Below, in pieces: positions 57,720 to 64,000 of a stretch of DNA of 64,000 nt; positions within the stretch are counted from its first letter, which is position 1, and every line of letters starts with the position of its first letter. The notes under the pieces were generated by a model that saw only the letters and a program-made list of their open reading frames with translations, did no database searches and was not told the DNA's origin. This DNA comes from an uncultured delta proteobacterium (GTDB taxonomy: Bacteria > Desulfobacterota > Binatia > Binatales > Binataceae). The stretch is from the NCBI GenBank assembly GCA_963724395.1, contig CAVRUK010000006.1, positions 2,445,731-2,509,730 on the forward strand. The letters are read 5' to 3'. Both the position numbers and the translations under genes were made by a program.

Positions 57720-58531
57720 TCGAGGAGTGCTCGCCCCTTCCCCAATTTGAAGCTGTGCCTGAGAGCCGCTGTCACGTAGCGTTTCGCGCCGCGGACCGCT
57801 TCCTCTAGGCTCGTTCCGCGCGCGAGATACGCCGCGATTGCCGCCGAGAACGCGCATCCTGTTCCATGCGCGCCGCCACCCGCGACGCGCGGGCTCTTGA
57901 GTTCGATGAAACGGCGGCCGTCGTGAAACAAATCCCTAGCGAACGCGTGGTCCTTGCGATGCCCGCCCTTGATGACGACCGCGCGCGCGCCGAGCTTGAT
58001 GATCTTGATTGCGGCCTCGCGAATCGCCGCGTCCGAGTCGATTCGAATCCGCGCCAGCACTTCGGCCTCGGCGATATTGGGCGTGACGATGCGCGCGATG
58101 GGGATCAGCCGCTTTCGAATCGCGCGTTCCCCTTTCGGGCCCATCAACAGCGCGCCGCTGCTCGAAACGATCACGGGATCGACCACTGGCGCCGGCAATT
58201 TGAGCCGTTCGACCGAGCGCGCCACCGCCTTGACGATCGCCGCGTTGGCCAGCGCGCCCGTCTTGACCGCGCGCGGAACGCATTCCAGCGCAAGCGTATC
58301 GAGCTGCGCCTCGACCATCTCGGGCGATACGTTTTCGACCCCCGCAACGCGCCGGCTGTTCTGCGCGATGACCTCGGTGATGACCGAGTATCCATACACG
58401 CTGAGCGCGGCGAAGGTTTTGAGGTCGGCCTGGAGGCCCGCTCCGCCGCCGGGGTCACTGCCCGCAATTGTCAGCGCGATAGGATGTTTCGAGTTGGGAG
58501 AGGCCAAGAATTGGGCTCTGATGCGTTGCAA
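57701..58531 (-). CDS. thiD: Hydroxymethylpyrimidine/phosphomethylpyrimidine kinase
   Basis: [39 protein letters not shown]. Confidence 0.95.
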   Translation of the reverse strand: MQRIRAQFLASPNSKHPIALTIAGSDPGGGAGLQADLKTFAALSVYGYSVITEVIAQNSRRVAGVENVSPEMVEAQLDTLALECVPRAVKTGALANAAIVKAVARSVERLKLPAPVVDPVIVSSSGALLMGPKGERAIRKRLIPIARIVTPNIAEAEVLARIRIDSDAAIREAAIKIIKLGARAVVIKGGHRKDHAFARDLFHDGRRFIELKSPRVAGGGAHGTGCAFSAAIAAYLARGTSLEEAVRGAKRYVTAALRHSFKLGKGRALLDHFARG

Positions 58532-58637
58532 AGATCTTATCTAACGGCGCGGCTAAGCGAAAGATCCGCGGTTAGTTGATCCGTCGCGGAAACGCGCGAT
58601 ACTTTGCACCTGACATGCAATCATTGCTGCGAGTCGT

Positions 58638-60347
58638 ATGGCGGTAAGAGGCGAATCGGAATTTCTCAACCTTCCCTTCCAGGAGAAGCTGGAGTTCCTG
58701 TACGGCCTGCCCGCGCGCCAGAAGCGCGACCTGATCCTTTCCGCGCCCGAGGCCGAGCGCCTGGTGCAATCGTTTTCGCCCGAAACGCTGTTCTACACGC
58801 TCAAGGAAATCGGCAGCGCCGACGCCGGCGACCTGCTCAGCCTCGCGATGCCCGAGCAGGTCAAGTCGCTGTTCGATCTCGACTGCTGGAACCGCGATCG
58901 CCCCAACGTGCATCGCATGCGCGAGTGGATCGAGGCGATGGCCGACGGCGGTCGGCGCAAACTTGCCGACGCGCTGATGGGCCTCGACCTCGAGATGATG
59001 TCGATTCTCCTGCGCGGCTACATAAAGGTGCATCGAATCGAAGACGCGGCGTCCTCGCCCGACGCGACCGCGAATCGCTTCGCGCAGTACGACGAAAACT
59101 ACCTGATCGAGTTCATCCGCCACGACGCAATCTCGCAGCACATCTCGGATTTCATCGAAGAAGCGTTCGAGCGCGACTACAACTACTTCGCCGGCCTGAT
59201 GGAGGAAATCTACTGGGGCGTCGAAGCCGAGCTCGAGGAAGAGGCCTACCAGTTCCGGCGCGCGCGCCTGAACGATCGCGGCTTTCCCGACTTCTTCGAG
59301 GCGCAGAGCGTGTTCGCGTACCTCAAGCCCGAGCAGTTTCTGACGATTCGCGCCGGATACGAGCCGCCGAGCCGCGCCGATCTGCCCGACGATAACGAAG
59401 TGATCGCGCCCGAGATGGCGCCCGCGATGGCCGACGGCGACGTCTCGTTGTTCAACACCGCGCTGACAGCGGGATTCGCCGCGCAAGGCAAACGCCAGCT
59501 TCGCAGCGAGATGGCGATGGTCAGCAACCAGGTGCTGGTCGCGCGCGCCGTGGACTTCGGCGACCTGGAAGCGGTGCGCGTCGCGGTCGAGATGACCCAC
59601 CATTACCTGAACCTGGCGCTCGAGCATCTGGCGGGCGGCGACCTGCAAACCGCGATTGAACATCTGCGCGATACACCGCTGAAACTGCTGTTTCGCCTCG
59701 GCGTGAGCTTGACGATCGATCTGCGCACCAGCACCGAGCTGACGCTCAAGAAGCTCGGCCTCTCGAACGTCAAGGTGCGCGAAATACCGTACCTCGACTC
59801 GCCCTATCGCGAGGCGCTGGCCGGCTTCATGGCGCGCCAGCCGCGATTCTACAGCGGGCTGGACGGCAGCGGCGCGGTCGAGATGCGCGATTTCAGCGGC
59901 ATGCGCGATTTGCATCTCAGCTACGCGATTCTCGATCAGATCGATTCGGCCGCCGAGCTGTTCCGCGCGATGTTCGCGATCGATATCGCGTCGCCAAACT
60001 TCCGCGCTCAGATGGCGGCGCGCGATATTCGCCTCAGTCAACTGGTGCTGACCGGGCTCGCCCGCCTGGCGCTGGACAATCGCCTCACCATCGATCCGAT
60101 CGAGGGCAGCCGGCTGACCGCGATGCGCGCGGCGATCATGACCGGGCAGCCGGGCACTCTCAGCGAAGAGTTCCGAACCAAAGTGCATCACGCTCTCGCC
60201 GAGCGCCTCGACGACGCGGGGCGGCGGCGCACCGCCGACTTTCTGAATTCATGCCTGAACCTGCTCGAAGAGGAGTTTGCCAACCTGGGCGGCGAGCGCG
60301 AAATCGATCCGCGCTTTATCGAAAGCGTGCTCGTGCGAATCGGATAA
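58638..60347 (+). CDS. Conserved hypothetical protein (DUF6178-like)
   Basis: Long acidic ORF with LV.S..PE.LF..LKEIG..DA..LL.LA.PEQ....DLD.W and R.ARL.D.GFPD; family recalled from memory. Confidence 0.7.
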   Translation: MAVRGESEFLNLPFQEKLEFLYGLPARQKRDLILSAPEAERLVQSFSPETLFYTLKEIGSADAGDLLSLAMPEQVKSLFDLDCWNRDRPNVHRMREWIEAMADGGRRKLADALMGLDLEMMSILLRGYIKVHRIEDAASSPDATANRFAQYDENYLIEFIRHDAISQHISDFIEEAFERDYNYFAGLMEEIYWGVEAELEEEAYQFRRARLNDRGFPDFFEAQSVFAYLKPEQFLTIRAGYEPPSRADLPDDNEVIAPEMAPAMADGDVSLFNTALTAGFAAQGKRQLRSEMAMVSNQVLVARAVDFGDLEAVRVAVEMTHHYLNLALEHLAGGDLQTAIEHLRDTPLKLLFRLGVSLTIDLRTSTELTLKKLGLSNVKVREIPYLDSPYREALAGFMARQPRFYSGLDGSGAVEMRDFSGMRDLHLSYAILDQIDSAAELFRAMFAIDIASPNFRAQMAARDIRLSQLVLTGLARLALDNRLTIDPIEGSRLTAMRAAIMTGQPGTLSEEFRTKVHHALAERLDDAGRRRTADFLNSCLNLLEEEFANLGGEREIDPRFIESVLVRIG

Positions 60348-60356
60348 GCTCTTCAA

Positions 60357-60665
60357 GTGGCAATCGATTCATCGAAAGTTCAATGCAAGCAGGACGCTGG
60401 CGTTTTTGCGCCGGTGATCGATCGCAATCGTTGCGAAGCCAAAGAGGATTGCGTCGAGGCTTGCCCTTACGACGTTTTCGAGGTGCGCAAGCTGGGCGAC
60501 GACGACAAGCGCGCGTTGCCGCTGGTGTCGCGGGTGAAGGCATGGGTCCACGGCAATCGCCAGGCGTTCGCGGTGCGCGCCGACGAATGCCACGCGTGCG
60601 GGCTGTGCGTAATCGCTTGCCCTGAGCACGCGATCAAGCTGGTGCGAGTCAGCGCTCCCGCCTAG
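60357..60665 (+). CDS. 4Fe-4S dicluster ferredoxin
   Basis: CEAKEDCVEACP and CHACGLCVIACP. Confidence 0.9.
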   Translation: MAIDSSKVQCKQDAGVFAPVIDRNRCEAKEDCVEACPYDVFEVRKLGDDDKRALPLVSRVKAWVHGNRQAFAVRADECHACGLCVIACPEHAIKLVRVSAPA

Positions 60666-61495
60666 CGCGCGCCGCCGCCGTCTGCTGCGAGCGTTACGGT
60701 GCGGCTCGAGCCGTCGCGGTTCAGCGTCAACGTCACGGCGCCGGCCTTGACGCCCGCGGCATCCCGGCTGAAGTCGTCGAGCGCATTGACCTCGCGATTT
60801 CCCAACTTGACTACGATGTCGCCGCGCGCGACGCCCGCCTTCTCCGCCGACGACGAGACCTCCGACACCAGCACGCCGTGCCCGTCAGGCAGACCGAACG
60901 CGCTCGCGAGGTCGGGGGTCAGTTGCTCGACTGTCAATCCCAGCGCCTTCGCGGTGTCGGGAATTTTTCCGGCCGCGCCGAGCCCGGTCGTCGGCGCCGA
61001 CTCGAAAAGTTTGTTGTTCACGTAAATGGGCACGTTCATGCCCATCGCGAGCGCGATCGCGTCGCTGGGACGGCTGTCGATCGAGTAGCGGCCGCCGTCC
61101 ATGTAAATCGTCGCGTAATAAATCTCGTCGCGCATGTCGCCGATCACGATTCGGTCGACGCTGTTCCCGGTTTGTCCGATTATCGAGCGAATCAAATCAT
61201 GCGTGAACGGCCGCTCCGGCTTGACTCCATGCAGCGCGAGCAGGATTGCGGTCGCCTCGCTCTCGCCGATCATGATCGGCAGCGCGCGCGACTCATGCTC
61301 GTCGAGCAGCAGCACGTAGTTCGCGCCCGACTCATCGTCATAGCCGACGCGGGCGACCCGGACTCTAACCTCGTCGGGTGAAACTTTCGCGGATGCGGAC
61401 GAACTCGAGGGCGAACGACTGCACGAGCAAGCTGCCACCACGGCTGCCAGGAGCAGCAGGCAGAGGTGCCGTCCGCCGACAGGCTTCATGCTCAA
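60662..61495 (-). CDS. Lipoprotein with bifunctional-nuclease (DUF151) and PDZ domains
   Basis: VVAAC lipobox; LPIMIG..EA.AI, RP.THDL, IDSRPSDAIALA; PDZ LGLTV..LTP, GVLVSEV..A..AG...GD. Confidence 0.85.
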   Translation of the reverse strand: MSMKPVGGRHLCLLLLAAVVAACSCSRSPSSSSASAKVSPDEVRVRVARVGYDDESGANYVLLLDEHESRALPIMIGESEATAILLALHGVKPERPFTHDLIRSIIGQTGNSVDRIVIGDMRDEIYYATIYMDGGRYSIDSRPSDAIALAMGMNVPIYVNNKLFESAPTTGLGAAGKIPDTAKALGLTVEQLTPDLASAFGLPDGHGVLVSEVSSSAEKAGVARGDIVVKLGNREVNALDDFSRDAAGVKAGAVTLTLNRDGSSRTVTLAADGGGAR

Positions 61496-61532
61496 ACCTT
61501 ACGCGCGTCGTACGCTTGATGCCAAGCACGCA

Positions 61533-62126
61533 TCAGACGCGGAACTCGCGCGCGACGATGTACAGCTCAGAAGATCCCGGGCGGCTCGCTTTGGTCCGCG
61601 TCACCTCGACGCTTGCGAAGTGCCGCTTGAAAGAATCGACGATGTCCTTGAACTGCGCGCCCATGAACAGTTTTGCGACCATCGCGCCGCCCGGTTTCAG
61701 CATCGTGGCCGCAAAGCTGAGCGCGCAATCGATCAGCTCGCGCGAACGCGCCTCGTCGCGCGTGGCAATTCCCGTCAGCTTCGGCGCAAGATCGCTCGTG
61801 ACCAGGTCGGCGCGTCCGCCAAGCTCGCTCTGGACGCGCGCGGCGACCGCAGGATCGAGAATGTCACCGGCGATCGCGATCGCTCCGGCCGGCGGATTCT
61901 TCACCGGCGCAAGGTCGACTCCCACCACGCGTCCGCTCGCACCCGCCGCCGCCACCAGGATCGCCAGCCATCCGCCAGGCGCGCATCCCAGGTCGACGAT
62001 TCGAGCACCACTGCCCACGAGCCGATTGCGCGCGATTATTTCCTCGATTTTGAACGCCGCCCGCGAGGGCAATCCCTGCGCGCGGGCCTTGCGATAAAAT
62101 TTGTCGTGTGGTTCGTAGGTCGCCAC
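61533..62126 (-). CDS. rlmE: 23S rRNA Um2552 methyltransferase
   Basis: SRAAFK, DLGCAPGGW, SDLAP, K.SR..S.E.Y. Confidence 0.92.
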   Translation of the reverse strand: MATYEPHDKFYRKARAQGLPSRAAFKIEEIIARNRLVGSGARIVDLGCAPGGWLAILVAAAGASGRVVGVDLAPVKNPPAGAIAIAGDILDPAVAARVQSELGGRADLVTSDLAPKLTGIATRDEARSRELIDCALSFAATMLKPGGAMVAKLFMGAQFKDIVDSFKRHFASVEVTRTKASRPGSSELYIVAREFRV

Positions 62127-62212
62127 AAATTCATCCGTTCGCTTTGACGCGCGCGTAGGAGCGGCTATCTTGATTTACTCCGCCCCGAAGTTTTGAAGCT
62201 GCGACGGTCACT

Positions 62213-64000
62213 GTGAAGCTCGACGATTTGAATCCTGAACAGCGCGCCGCTGTGCTCGCGCCCGACGGCCCGATTCTCATTCTCGCCGGCGCGGGCTCGG
62301 GCAAGACTCGCGTGCTGACCTACCGTATCGCCCACATCCTGGCCGAGCGCAAGGCGTCGCCGGCCGAGATGCTGGCGGTCACGTTCACCAACAAGGCCGC
62401 CAACGAGATGCGCGAGCGAGTCGCGTCGCTGGTCGGTGACGACACGCGCCTGCCGTGGGTCAGCACGTTTCATTCCGCGTGCGCCCGAATCCTGCGCCAG
62501 GAAGGTCATGTGCTCGGCTACGATCGCAATTTTTCGATCCTCGATGAAGGCGATTCGCAGACCACCGTTCGCCGCGTGCTCGACGACGCCGCGCTGGCCG
62601 ATTCGCCGCCGCTCGAGCTAGCGCGCGCGCGAATCGAACAGGCCAAGAACGAGGCGATTGCACCGGACGAGATGATCGCGAGCGCCCAACCCGGGCGCGA
62701 AACCTCGATCGCGCAGATTTACCGCCTCTACCAGGAGCGGATGCGCGCGATGAACGCGATGGACTTCAGCGATTTGCAATTGCAAACGTGGCTGCTGTTC
62801 CAGCGCTTTCCCGAAGTCCTCGAGCGATGGCAGCGGCGCGCGACGCATCTGCTCGTCGACGAGTACCAGGACACCAATCGCGTCCAGTATTTGATCGTGA
62901 AGGCGCTCGCTGCGCGTTCGGGAAATTTGTGCGTGGTCGGCGACGAGGATCAGTCAATCTACCGATGGCGCGGCGCCGACATTCGCAACATCCTCGATTT
63001 CGAGCGCGACTACCCGGCCGCGCAAATTTTCAAGCTCGAGCAGAATTACCGCTCGACCAAAACCATCCTCGCCGCCGCCGGCGCCGTCATCCGCAACAAC
63101 ACCGAGCGCAAAATCAAAAACTTGTGGACCGAAAACGGCGCCGGCGAGCCGGTCACCTACTACACCGGCGTCACCGAGCGCGACGAGGCTGACTTTATTG
63201 CGCTCGAAATCGCGCGGCTGACCGGCTCGGGCGGCTTCAGAGCTGCCGACGTCGTCGTTTTCTACCGGGTCAACGCACAGTCGCGCGCGATCGAAGAGGC
63301 TCTCGTGCGGCGGCGAATCCCCTACTATGTCGTCGGCGGCGTGCGCTTTTACGAACAGCGCGACGTCAAGGATCTGCTCGCCTACCTGCGCGTGCTCGCC
63401 AATCCTGCCGACGCCGTCAGCCTCGAACGAATGGTCGGCACGCCGCCGCGCGGAATTGGCGCGAAATCCTTCGAAGCGATTGCCGAGCTCGCCGCGCGCG
63501 ATCGCATCTCGGCGTTCGAGGCGATGGGCCGGCTCGAAACCTACTCGAAAGTCGCGCTCAGAATCGCCAAGCAGGCCGGCATGCTCTATTCGTGGATGCA
63601 CGATCTGGCCGCGCGCGCGCCCGAAATGAGTGTGCGCGGGATCGTCGAGGAAGTCGTGGCGCACAGCGGCTTCGAGCCCTACCTCGACACGCTCGACGAT
63701 GCGCCCGCGCGCAAGCAAAACCTCGCAGAGATGCCGTCAGCGGCCAGCGCCTTCGACGCCGAGAAGTCCGGCGGCGGCTTGGCGGAGTTTCTGGAACGCG
63801 TCGCGCTCGTCAGTGACAGCGAGCAGATCGATTCCAGCGGCGGACGCGCCGCGCTGATGACGCTGCACACGTCAAAGGGCCTCGAATATCCAATCGTGTT
63901 CATCGCCGGGATGGAGGAAGGCCTGTTTCCGCATAGCCGCTCCGCCGACCTCGACGAGGAAGTCGAGGAGGAGCGGCGCCTTTGTTATGTCGGCATGACG
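62213..64000 (+). CDS. pcrA: UvrD/PcrA superfamily 1 DNA helicase (3' truncated; absent from the ORF track)
   Basis: GTG start, LNPEQ, LAGAGSGKTRVLT, VTFTNKAA, VDEYQDTN, GDEDQSIY.WRGA, LEQNYRST, MTLH..KGLE, EERRL.YV. Confidence 0.93.
   Translation, partial: MKLDDLNPEQRAAVLAPDGPILILAGAGSGKTRVLTYRIAHILAERKASPAEMLAVTFTNKAANEMRERVASLVGDDTRLPWVSTFHSACARILRQEGHVLGYDRNFSILDEGDSQTTVRRVLDDAALADSPPLELARARIEQAKNEAIAPDEMIASAQPGRETSIAQIYRLYQERMRAMNAMDFSDLQLQTWLLFQRFPEVLERWQRRATHLLVDEYQDTNRVQYLIVKALAARSGNLCVVGDEDQSIYRWRGADIRNILDFERDYPAAQIFKLEQNYRSTKTILAAAGAVIRNNTERKIKNLWTENGAGEPVTYYTGVTERDEADFIALEIARLTGSGGFRAADVVVFYRVNAQSRAIEEALVRRRIPYYVVGGVRFYEQRDVKDLLAYLRVLANPADAVSLERMVGTPPRGIGAKSFEAIAELAARDRISAFEAMGRLETYSKVALRIAKQAGMLYSWMHDLAARAPEMSVRGIVEEVVAHSGFEPYLDTLDDAPARKQNLAEMPSAASAFDAEKSGGGLAEFLERVALVSDSEQIDSSGGRAALMTLHTSKGLEYPIVFIAGMEEGLFPHSRSADLDEEVEEERRLCYVGMT

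Noticed and set aside
1205-60191. Long antisense or alternate-frame ORFs (e.g. 1205..2575, 7626..8966, 34897..36306, 45578..46849, 58572..60191)
   Set aside because: Shadow ORFs of GC-rich genes; no motifs, and they overlap well-supported CDSs
1-64000. Genome-wide UGA reassignment (code 4/25)
   Set aside because: Many recognisable genes end at TGA at the expected length (waaF, thiE, fdhD); apparent read-through is limited to two motif Cys sites

Overview
GC-rich bacterial chromosomal segment from a diderm organism (waaF, lpxD, lipoproteins). Gene content and style suggest a Candidatus Binatota/deltaproteobacteria-like lineage, which is inference only. About 60 CDSs mix housekeeping genes (zwf, ispF, moeA, ntrB/ntrC-like, thiE, thiD, fdhD, rlmE, pcrA/uvrD, pepP) with redox, lipid and CoA-catabolic genes. 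I saw no rRNA, tRNA, CRISPR array, transposase or integrase. The strongest signal missed by the ORF track is a putative selenoprotein redox operon at about 6.1-11.0 kb. Two genes there carry an in-frame UGA at a catalytic Cys position, each followed by a hairpin: an AhpC/TSA-like protein with FYRGHW-U-PFC and a UGSC-family protein with ALAD-U-GSCTTC. They flank a Kelch lipoprotein and a thioredoxin-fold fusion protein. Other observations: a dispersed ~80-105 bp double-hairpin repeat (4 copies, compensatory changes); a small lipoprotein with a symmetric 8-Cys pattern; an orphan diiron protein plus SCP2-like pair; a lipoprotein DUF151-nuclease/PDZ fusion; an AraC-BKACE-Rieske-CMD islet; an unannotated 41-aa ORF; and four single-base insertions that probably reflect sequencing error.
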